A DNA stretch of 63,289 nt, the filler included, from an uncultured Gemmatimonadota bacterium (lineage in GTDB: Bacteria > GCA-2686955), in the NCBI GenBank assembly GCA_964490075.1. It is 5 parts of 5 records of this genome, joined end to end, with 100 filler letters (N's around TTAATTAATTAA, not from the genome) between each part and the next. Parts side by side here need not be neighbours in the genome. Positions count along the whole stretch, not along the records: positions 14,724 to 29,034 come from CAZBBK010000095.1; 4 more parts are not named here. The stretch is one strand, 5' to 3'. The notes beneath the pieces are model-generated. The model was not told where the DNA came from. It ran no database searches and saw only the letters and a program-made list of their open reading frames with translations. Numbering within the stretch: position 1 is the stretch's first letter; every line of letters begins with the position of its first letter. The position numbers and the translations under genes were made by a program. Positions 16,289 through 24,586 of the stretch are shown in pieces.

Positions 16289-18343
16289 CTAGCTCCCGAG
16301 CCCGCGCTCGATTCGCTCGCGCACCAACGCCGGATCGAGCTTGCCCAGCATCGGAGGGAGCACCTGCCCCAGCATCCAGCGCACCACCTTGTCGGGCGGT
16401 GCGTCCGCCATCTTGCGTTTCGCGAAGAAGGCGGCGGTGGCGATCCGCTCCTCCAGCTCGCGCTCGTCGTCGGGGCCGGGGCGCAGCTGCTCCAGGATCA
16501 CCTCGACCGAGCTTTCGGGCTCGGCCAGCAGCCGGTCGAAGCCGCGCTCGAAGCCCTCGGGACGAATCTCGTCTCCCTCGACGGCTCGCTGCAAGGGGAC
16601 CAGGCGCTCCGGGCCGGGCAGCGCCGCGCCGCTCTTGCGCCGCAGGAAGGGAACGCGCTTGGCGAGTGTCGCCGCCAGCAATCGCGCCGGCGCGCCTTCC
16701 GCCGGCTCGATGGCGTCGAAGAGCTCCGCCCAGGGGGCCGGGGCCAGCTGCTGAGCGGCGGTCGGATCGAGCCCCAGCGCCCGGTAGCGGTCCTCGCGGT
16801 CCCAGATCCGCTCGGCGAGCTCGGCCCGGATCTCCGCGACCCAGCCATCGGGGATCGGCAGCGGCGGCGTGTCGGTGTCGGGGTACATCCGGTCGGCCCC
16901 CGGCAGGATGCGTTCGAAGCCGGTGGTGCCGTCGGCGAAAGCCTGGCGGGTCTCCGCGGGCACGCCGACCAGTGCATCCTGCGCCCGGATGAAGATCTCG
17001 CGCGCCGCCGTGTCGGCGTCGCGGGTGGGTCCCCAGAGCGTGACCAGCGCGTCGTCCTCCCCGGCCTGGAGCGCGCTGCGCAGATGCTGCCAGTCGCCGT
17101 GCGCGATGCCGTAGCCCTCGATATCGGAGTGGATCAGGAAGGGCCGCGAGGGCAGACAGGCGATCACCCGCACTCGATCGGCCAGCTCGCCGGCGAAGGT
17201 GGCGCCGGGCTGGGTGCGCCGCGTCAAGAGCCCGCCGAAGCCCGGCAGCTTGAGGGCGCAGACCAGCTCGCCCTGGTCGAGAGCGTGGTGAATCGGCTCG
17301 AAGTCGCAGCGCCGCAGTAGCGCGCCCGCGTCGACCACCAGCGGCGAGACCTCCCAGGCGTGGCCGCCCGCCGGCAGGGCCAGAGACCCTTGCTCGACTC
17401 CGCGGCGCTCCAGCTCGGCCTTGATGCGCAGCAGATTGAGCTGCCGAAAGGCCTCGATATGCACCAGCTCGGGCAGTCCGCGGTGGCGCCCGACGCCCTT
17501 GATCTCGACCCGCCGCCCGCCGGCCACCGACACGTTGACATCTTGTCGGGCCGCTCCGGGGCCGCGCCGCACCTTGCCCGAGGCGCGCGTCAGGTGGGCG
17601 ATCAGCCGGGCCCCCGCGTGCAGCTCTTCGGGCGTCAGGAAGTCGGGCTCGGTGACCACCTCGGTGAGCGGCATGCCGAGCCGGTCGGTGCGAAAGGTGA
17701 TGCGATGGCCGAGGTCAGAGACCTCGCGACAGGAATCTTCCTCGAGTGAAAGCTGGCGAATCCGCAAGCGACGATCGATCCCCAGCGCCGGCACTCGAAA
17801 GGGGATCTCGCCGCCCAGGCCGAGCATGGCGGTGCGCTGGAAGCCGGTCGGAATCGACCCGTCGAGGTACTGCTTGCGCATCACGTGCAGCTCGGAGACC
17901 AGGTTGAGATCGAAGAGGGCGGCGATCTCCAGGGCTGTCATTACCGCCTGCCGGTCGATCTCGAAAGGCGGCGTGTCGTCGATCTCGTAGGTGCAGACGC
18001 TGCCACGCTCCAGGCGGTAGACGATCTCCTTGTGGGTCTTGAACTCCATCAACGCGCAGCCGTCGTACTCCCCCAGCTCCGACAGGGTGGGCCGCATATG
18101 ACGCAGCACCTCGGCGTCGAAACGCTCCTGGTAACGACCCGCCGGACAGCGGCAGAAGAGCTTGCTGGCGGTGTCGAGCTGCTGGTGCACCTCGAGCCCC
18201 GCCATGAAGCCGAGCTCGGCGTAGTCGGCCCTGCTCAGCTCGCCGTAGTCGGCGTCCGGAAAGTCGAGGGGCGCGTCGCTGCGGGGATTGACATCGGGCG
18301 GCGGGCGCACCGCCGGTCCGTTCTGTGCGGGGTCTGCTTGCAT
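16289..18343 (-). CDS. gatE: Glu-tRNA(Gln) amidotransferase subunit E
   Basis: GLEVHQQL..KLFC, RPTLSELGEYD, MRKQYLDGSIPTGFQRT, LEEDS, DRLGMPL, RQDVNVS, AspRS-like insert, LPGADRMYPDTD; directly upstream of gatD. Confidence 0.93.
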   Translation of the reverse strand: MQADPAQNGPAVRPPPDVNPRSDAPLDFPDADYGELSRADYAELGFMAGLEVHQQLDTASKLFCRCPAGRYQERFDAEVLRHMRPTLSELGEYDGCALMEFKTHKEIVYRLERGSVCTYEIDDTPPFEIDRQAVMTALEIAALFDLNLVSELHVMRKQYLDGSIPTGFQRTAMLGLGGEIPFRVPALGIDRRLRIRQLSLEEDSCREVSDLGHRITFRTDRLGMPLTEVVTEPDFLTPEELHAGARLIAHLTRASGKVRRGPGAARQDVNVSVAGGRRVEIKGVGRHRGLPELVHIEAFRQLNLLRIKAELERRGVEQGSLALPAGGHAWEVSPLVVDAGALLRRCDFEPIHHALDQGELVCALKLPGFGGLLTRRTQPGATFAGELADRVRVIACLPSRPFLIHSDIEGYGIAHGDWQHLRSALQAGEDDALVTLWGPTRDADTAAREIFIRAQDALVGVPAETRQAFADGTTGFERILPGADRMYPDTDTPPLPIPDGWVAEIRAELAERIWDREDRYRALGLDPTAAQQLAPAPWAELFDAIEPAEGAPARLLAATLAKRVPFLRRKSGAALPGPERLVPLQRAVEGDEIRPEGFERGFDRLLAEPESSVEVILEQLRPGPDDERELEERIATAAFFAKRKMADAPPDKVVRWMLGQVLPPMLGKLDPALVRERIERGLGS

Positions 18344-18488
18344 GGAGATCGGTTCCGGTTGAAGCGGCGCAGCATAGCAGCACCCTTCCGGATCATTGGG
18401 GGGGGAATCAAGCCGGCGACCACATTCGGATTCCCGCCTCCACGGGAAGTCGGCCAGCCTGCCTTCCCACCCCGGGTAGGCTTCCGCC

Positions 18489-19999
18489 ATGCGCGCTCCT
18501 CTTCGCAGCACGCTGGTCCGCTCCGGCGCGCTTCTGCAGTGCCTCTCCGGGCTCGGCTTCGTGGTCGCCCTGCTGCCCGCGGCCGGGCTCGATAGATGGT
18601 CGCTCGACGCCCCGATGCGTGTGGCGAGCCTTCTGTCGCCGGCGCTGTGGTTCGTGATGCTGCTGGGCGCGACGCTGCTGGCGATGGCCGCCGGCCGCCG
18701 CGGCGCGACCGCGCCCCTCGCCCCAGCGGAGCCGAGAGCTCCCGCGCTGCCGGTCGTCCTGGCCGCCCTCGCCATCGTGGTTGCCTTCGTCGCACTCTAC
18801 CGAGACGTGCTGACCGGCGGGTTCTTCTGGGACGACCACATGGGGCATATCCAGCCCGCCCGGGAAATCTGTAGCAAGCTCTCTCCCGGGTCGATCTGGA
18901 CCCGCTTCTTCCTACGCTCCGGACCGGTCGGCTTTCGTTCCGTTCCGGTCTTCGTCAGCGCCTTCGACTATGCCCTCTGGGGACTGAATCCCTTCGGCTG
19001 GCACCTGACGACGATGCTCTTTCACGTCGCCGCGGCGTGCGTGCTGATGGCATTGATGCTGCGCCTGCGCTGCTCGCGCTCACTGGCGGTCCTGTCCGGC
19101 GCGTTGTTCGCATTCTTCCCCTTCGCGGCCGAGCCGATCGCCTACGTGACGCTGCGCGAGGAGACGGTGACGATCTTTCTGTATCTGGCGACACTCTACC
19201 TCTACACCAGAAGCGTGGAGCAGCCGCTGGACTCGGCGCGCCGCGGCGCTCTCTACTCGCAGTGCTGCTCCTCGATTCGTTGTTGGTTCGTCGCGACACT
19301 CTGCGGGCCCGAATCTTGCGGATGCTGCCCTTCGCGGCGGTCTTCGCGCTCTACTTCGCGGCACGGCTCCATTTCCTGGAGCGGGTGGCGGAGCACCTGG
19401 AGACCAGCACCGGCTACGGGGGCTACGAGTACCTGCGCGCACGTTGCGATCTGACGCTCGACTCGACGGCGGGCGAGCGGGGTGAAGCGCCACCGGTGGA
19501 GCGGCTCACGCCCGGGGCCGGCGAGCGCTTCTACTTGTGAACCGCGGAGCTGGGGCGGGTGTTCGACCTGACGGCGGAGGTGGATGCAGCGTTGGCAGGG
19601 CGCCGCGAGGCCCTGGAGGGGGGGGTACGGCCGCTCTCGATGGAGGCGCGGGAGATCGACTGGCGGCGGGTCGAGGAGTGGCGCTTCGCTGGGCGCGGGC
19701 CGGGCAGGGTGGAGGCCGGTTTCGACACGCTGGCGTTGGGGCTGGAGATCGACGCCGCGGTGGAGTCGGTCTGGCGCGGCACGCTGAGCTGGTCGCCGAG
19801 CGCATTGCGCGGAGCGCCGGCGCGGCTCTGCTTCGAGGTGGAGGGTGGGGGCTGGCGGCGGCCGGCGCTGGCGGTGGGGCGCTCGTTGGACTGGCTGCTG
19901 ACTCGCGAACTGCGCTCCTTCGAACTGCACTTCGAGCCCATCGAGGGGGGAGGCGATCGGCCGGCGGAGATGCGCCTCGGAGGGATCGAGCTGAAGTGA
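18489..19999 (+). pseudogene. fragmented GT-C/PMT-like membrane glycosyltransferase
   Basis: FFWDD..FRSV..LWGLNPFGWHLTTMLFH motif; frame breaks near 19255 and membrane-like sequence resumes in another frame (LLAVLLLD..MLPFAAVFALYFAAR); further fragment 19559-19999. Confidence 0.55.
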
Positions 20000-20020
20000 T
20001 GCGGCGCGCCGCGGGGGGCG

Positions 20021-21598
20021 TCAAAGAGGCTGAAAGTCCGGATCGACCGCGAGCGCGCCCCGGATCAGCTCCGTGGCGGGCGCGTTCGGCAGGTCGGGGT
20101 CGTCGCGGGCAAGAGCGCTGTAGTGCTGCGCCACGAAATGCAAGAAGACGGCGCGCTCCTCGCGGGTCAATCCGCACACCGCGAAGAAGCGAGCCGTCTC
20201 GCCGAGCGGCCCGTCGATTCCGGTCAGGGGCGAAGGACTCCACGGGTCGGCGAGGAGCTCGCGGAGGGCCTGGCGCGTGCCCTCGTCGAGCACCGCGAGG
20301 GCCAGAGTGCGCGCCGCCAGATGGCCGAAGATCGGGTCGATTCTGGCCTCCCAGAGCTCGAGCGCGATCGCCGTGCCTTCGGCTTCCGCGCCGCTTTCCA
20401 CCAAGGCGCGGGCGAAGGGTCCCAGCGCGGGCGGATACCCGGGATTGGTGGCCAGGACCTGCGCGAGCAGCGCCGCCGCATCGGCGGGACAGGAGAGATC
20501 GAGGAGCACTCGGCTCAGGAAGATGGCGAGATCGAGATCGCTCGGATCGAGCTCGTGCGCCCGGTGGAGAACGTGGGCGGCGTCGTCGACGTCGCCGGTC
20601 TCGTGCAGCGAGATGCCGTGGAGATAGAGAGCGATCGGGTCGCGCGGGCGCGCGTTCGCCGCGATCGCGGTGTGGACCCGCGCACGGGCGAAGTCGTGCA
20701 GCTCGTGGTGGACGATCGCCAGCAGCAGGTGCAGCTCCGGCTGGTCAGGGGCACGCTCCAGGATCGCCTCCACGGAGCGCACCATCGCCTCCAGATTCAG
20801 CGCCGAGCTTGCGCGGGCGGCATCGACGAGAAGCGGCTCCAGAACGTCCTGGTCGATCTCGATGCGAGCGCCGCCCTCTCCGCTGCGACAGCACCGAAAG
20901 CCGTCGTCGTCCCAGCGCATGTTCCTGCTGTGGGAGTGATGGCGGTGGGAGCAGGCGGCCCAGGCGTCCCCGTCCCCCTGGTCGGAGCCGCGCAGCATGG
21001 GGAAGCCGGCGTGAGATCCGGGAGGCTGGGGGAAGTCCAGGTTGCGGCGCTCGGCGCGGATCGAGGCGGTCCATTCGTTGATGTTGCCGCTCATGTCCCA
21101 GACGCCGTAGCCGCTCACGCACTCCGGGTAGGAGCCGATCGGAGCGATCCGCCGGTTCGCGTTGAGGGGTTGGTTGGTGCAGCAGGCGCTCTCCCGGTAG
21201 CTGTTCCCATAGGGAAATCGCAGATTCCCGGGGCCTTTGCAGGCCTTTTCCCATTCCTCTTCGGTGCATAGCCGCTTCCCCAGCAAGCGACACCAGAGCA
21301 TCGCCTCGTACCAGTTGGATCCGGTCGCGGGCCGCAGGCCGACCTGGTAGGGGAAGGGGGTGCGATCGATGAAGTAGGCGGGGAGCTCCAGGGTCTGAAG
21401 ATGCTGGAGCTTGAACTCGTCCTCGGCGTCTCCGTCGAGCACGGTGTCGCCGTACTGAAAGAGCCCCGCGGGGATCTCCACCAGCTCGTGGAAGAGTCCG
21501 TCGTCCGCCCCGCAGCCCCCGCAGCCGGCGCCGATCCCGGCCACCAAGGCTCCGCCCGCCAAACTCCTGCGCAGCGTATGGATCCGAATGCCTTGCAC
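20021..21598 (-). CDS. FGE-sulfatase (SUMF1-like) domain protein with C-terminal TPRs
   Basis: GKRLCTEEEWEKACKG, FPYGN, SGYGVWDMSGNINEWT, GFRCCR; TPR-like helices follow; possible lipoprotein. Confidence 0.85.
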   Translation of the reverse strand: MQGIRIHTLRRSLAGGALVAGIGAGCGGCGADDGLFHELVEIPAGLFQYGDTVLDGDAEDEFKLQHLQTLELPAYFIDRTPFPYQVGLRPATGSNWYEAMLWCRLLGKRLCTEEEWEKACKGPGNLRFPYGNSYRESACCTNQPLNANRRIAPIGSYPECVSGYGVWDMSGNINEWTASIRAERRNLDFPQPPGSHAGFPMLRGSDQGDGDAWAACSHRHHSHSRNMRWDDDGFRCCRSGEGGARIEIDQDVLEPLLVDAARASSALNLEAMVRSVEAILERAPDQPELHLLLAIVHHELHDFARARVHTAIAANARPRDPIALYLHGISLHETGDVDDAAHVLHRAHELDPSDLDLAIFLSRVLLDLSCPADAAALLAQVLATNPGYPPALGPFARALVESGAEAEGTAIALELWEARIDPIFGHLAARTLALAVLDEGTRQALRELLADPWSPSPLTGIDGPLGETARFFAVCGLTREERAVFLHFVAQHYSALARDDPDLPNAPATELIRGALAVDPDFQPL

Positions 21599-21709
21599 TT
21601 CGCGCGGAGACTAGCACGGTCGGCCCTTATCATTGGGCTTCCTTGCTCCGCCAATTCGGACATAATAGATCCTGTTTATCCCTCTCGCCGCAGCCCACGG
21701 ACTGGCCTC

Positions 21710-22726
21710 ATGCCCAACCCACGACCACCGATTCCCGATTCCGTCGACGTGTTGATCGTCGGCGCCGGGCCCGCCGGTCTGGCCGCCGCGCTGCGGGTGG
21801 TCGACGCCGGGGCGACGGCGCTCTTGATCGATGCCCGAGCGAGGATCGGCGATCCGCCGCGTTGCGGGGAGCTGGCGCGCGGCAACTTCGTGGAGGTGTT
21901 CGGCTTCGAGCCCGAGCCGGGCTGGATCCGCTGGCGCATTCGCGAGCAGGGCGAGATGCCGGTGCTGAACCGCCGTGCGACCGAGAGCGGGGCGGCCCGC
22001 ATCCTGGCGCGGCGCGGGGCGCGGGTCGTGGAGGGATGCGCGCTGGTGGGGCTCGGCGAGTACGAGGGAGCCGGCCGCCGGGTCGAGCTGCGGACCCCCG
22101 AGGGCGTGGTCGAGACCCGCGCCCGGGTGGTGGTGGCGGCGGACGGCGCGGCGTCTCGGGTGGCGCGCCTGGGGGGCATCGATACGCTGCTCAGCCCGCT
22201 GGAGTGTGTCTCCTGTCTGGCCTATCGAATCGTCGACACCGAGCTGCGCAACCCGCACGGGATCCGCTTCGAGTTCCCGCCTGCGCTCAATCCGCACTAC
22301 TTCTGGGTGATCCCCTCCGGGCCCAGCGAGGCCAACGTGGGGCTCGGCGTGCCGGCTCATCGGGGGCACGCCTGCGCGCCGCTCCTGGAGCAATTGATCG
22401 AGGAGAGCGACGCACTCACGGGCGGGCGGCGGGTGCAGACCATCGTCGGCTGGTATCCGAGCACGCGGCCTCTGGAGACGCCCTACGCCGACGGACTGCT
22501 GGTGGCCGGCACGGCGGCGCGCTTCATCGATGCCGAGCTCGGCGAAGGGATCTGGCAGGCGGCGTTCAGCGGGGCGGCGGCGGGCGAAACCTGTGTCGCG
22601 GCCCTTGCCGAGGGCGATGCCTCGGCGCCGCGCCTGGCCCCGTACCGGGAGCGGGTGGAGCCGCTCTACAAACCGCTGCGTCACGGGTTCGAGAAGCGGC
22701 TGCGACGGGAGCAACGCGGTGGCTGA
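21710..22726 (+). CDS. geranylgeranyl reductase family FAD oxidoreductase
   Basis: DVLIVGAGPAG, PRCGE, VVAADG, YFWVIP, ANVGLG, GEGI. Confidence 0.8.
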   Translation: MPNPRPPIPDSVDVLIVGAGPAGLAAALRVVDAGATALLIDARARIGDPPRCGELARGNFVEVFGFEPEPGWIRWRIREQGEMPVLNRRATESGAARILARRGARVVEGCALVGLGEYEGAGRRVELRTPEGVVETRARVVVAADGAASRVARLGGIDTLLSPLECVSCLAYRIVDTELRNPHGIRFEFPPALNPHYFWVIPSGPSEANVGLGVPAHRGHACAPLLEQLIEESDALTGGRRVQTIVGWYPSTRPLETPYADGLLVAGTAARFIDAELGEGIWQAAFSGAAAGETCVAALAEGDASAPRLAPYRERVEPLYKPLRHGFEKRLRREQRGG

Positions 22727-23075
22727 GCGAGCGCGGAGCGAGGGACGAGCGCGCGGCAAGGGCCGGGCGCGGAGTCGCAAGAAGGCGCGCCGGACTTTCC
22801 TGCGCACGCTGGTGGCGGCGGGGCTGGGCGCGGTCGGGGCGCGGGCGCTGGTGGCGCGGCGCGGGGAGAGGCGGCCGATCTCGGCGCGCAAGATCGAGGT
22901 CACCGCGACCTGCATCGGCTGCACCGGCTGCATCGCGGTCTGCCCGACCGCGGCGATCGCGGCGGTGCCGGCGGGAATCAGCGTGATCGACGAGCTCTGC
23001 GTGAGCTGCGGCTACTGTCAGGCGGGGTGCGCGGTGGACGGGATTCGGGTGCTGCGGGGGCGTGATGTTGCGTAG
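22719..23075 (+). CDS. 2[4Fe-4S] ferredoxin with Tat-like leader
   Basis: CIGCTGCIAVCP and CVSCGYCQAGC; RRTFL plus hydrophobic stretch; GTG start overlaps the upstream gene. Confidence 0.8.
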   Translation: MAERARSEGRARGKGRARSRKKARRTFLRTLVAAGLGAVGARALVARRGERRPISARKIEVTATCIGCTGCIAVCPTAAIAAVPAGISVIDELCVSCGYCQAGCAVDGIRVLRGRDVA

Positions 23076-24582
23076 CTCGACCCGGGTCTGGCTGCGCCGG
23101 GCCGGTCAGCTCGTCTTCCTGGCGCTCTTCGTGGCCTTCGTCAGCAGCACGGTGCGGATTGCCGCGGGGGAGTACTTCTTCCGGGCCGATGCAGCCGCCG
23201 TGCCCTTCGCGGCGCTGGCGTCCAGAACTTGGAGCGATTCGCTCTTCTTCTGCGCCGGGCTGCTGCTGGCGACGGTTGCCTGGGGGCGGGTCTTTTGCGG
23301 CTATGTCTGTCCGATGGGGACTGTGGGCGACTTGCTCGACCGCCTCTTTCGTTTCGCGCCGCGGGCGCCCCGGGCCGGGCTCGCCAAGTACTATCTGCTG
23401 GTCCTCCTGGCGACGGTGGCGGCCGGAGGCTTGGCGTTTGCGTGGATCCTCGATCCGATCAACTGGGCGGCGCGGCTGGTCGGGGGCTTCGCTCCGCGTT
23501 TCGTGGAATTTGGCTGGATCTTCATTCTTGGCGCGCTGCTCTTGGCGCTGCACGCAGCCTTCGGGCCGAGGGCTTTCTGCCGCGTGCTCTGCCCCCTGGG
23601 CGCCGCGCTGGGATGGATCGCGCGGCTCTCTTTCTACCGCCGCGAGTTGGTGCTCGGCGACTGCGTCGACTGCGATCTGTGCGTCCAGGAGTGCCGCGCG
23701 GGGGCGATTCGACTCCATCCCGAGAGCTACGATCCGATGGAGTGCGTGCACTGCGGCCACTGCGTGGAGGTCTGTCCGACCGACGCGCTGCGCTTCCACT
23801 ACTCGGCGGATCCGCGGACGCGCGGTGCGCTGCTGGAGGGCGCGCTGCCGGCGCGGGTCGGCAAGCGGGAGATCGAAGAGGCGCCGCGCGCTCCCCGTCT
23901 GCCGCGGCGCGGCTTCCTGCTGGCCGCTGCGGCGGGGATGGTGGGGGCGCTGGCGCTGCGCCTGCCGGGCGCGGCAGGGGCGGCGAAGCGTGCTCCGCTG
24001 CGGCCCCCCGGCTCGGTTCCGGAGGACCGCTTCCTGAGCTTGTGCATCCGCTGTGGATCGTGCTCGCGGGTCTGCCCCACGGCGACGCTGCGCCCGCAGG
24101 ATCTGGACGCGGGTCTCCTGGCTTACCAGGCGCCGCTCTTCGATCCCTACGCCGGCGGCTGTCTCTTCGGATGCAACCTGTGCGGCGAGGTCTGTCCCAC
24201 CGGGGCGATCGCGGCGCTGCCCCTTGCGGCCAAGCAGCGGCTGCGGATCGGCCTGGCGCAGATCGACCCGCGCCGCTGCCTGGCGATCGCCAAGGACCAG
24301 AGCTGCCTGAGCTGTCTGGCGCTCTGCCCCTACGAGGCGATTCAGCTGGTGGAGGGCGAGAGCTCGACCGCCTGGGGCGACCGGGTCGGGCACCCCGTGG
24401 TGGTCGAGGACCGCTGCGTCGGCTGCGCCCTCTGCCAGGTCGGCTGCCCGGCCGACGAGGGGGCGGCCATCACCGTGGCGGCGCAGGGACCGCAGCAGCC
24501 GCTGCCGGACGCGGGCGATCCGCGCTCTCGCTTCGAGCCGCGCCTTGAGGATGTGTTTCGGCTGCGCCGCGGGAGCGTCTAG
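23065..24582 (+). CDS. membrane polyferredoxin (NapH/MauN-like fused to NapG/MauM-like)
   Basis: GRVFCGYVCPMG and RAFCRVLCPLG, several CxxCxxCxxxCP, internal RRGFL, LRPPGS..FLSLCIRCG. Confidence 0.85.
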   Translation: MLRSSTRVWLRRAGQLVFLALFVAFVSSTVRIAAGEYFFRADAAAVPFAALASRTWSDSLFFCAGLLLATVAWGRVFCGYVCPMGTVGDLLDRLFRFAPRAPRAGLAKYYLLVLLATVAAGGLAFAWILDPINWAARLVGGFAPRFVEFGWIFILGALLLALHAAFGPRAFCRVLCPLGAALGWIARLSFYRRELVLGDCVDCDLCVQECRAGAIRLHPESYDPMECVHCGHCVEVCPTDALRFHYSADPRTRGALLEGALPARVGKREIEEAPRAPRLPRRGFLLAAAAGMVGALALRLPGAAGAAKRAPLRPPGSVPEDRFLSLCIRCGSCSRVCPTATLRPQDLDAGLLAYQAPLFDPYAGGCLFGCNLCGEVCPTGAIAALPLAAKQRLRIGLAQIDPRRCLAIAKDQSCLSCLALCPYEAIQLVEGESSTAWGDRVGHPVVVEDRCVGCALCQVGCPADEGAAITVAAQGPQQPLPDAGDPRSRFEPRLEDVFRLRRGSV

Positions 24583-24586
24583 AGGA

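Noticed and set aside
14909-17320. Long antisense or alternate-frame ORFs (e.g. 14909-17320, 26711-29086, 48878-51598, 2367-4187)
   Set aside because: Shadow ORFs expected in high-GC DNA opposite well-supported genes; no motifs
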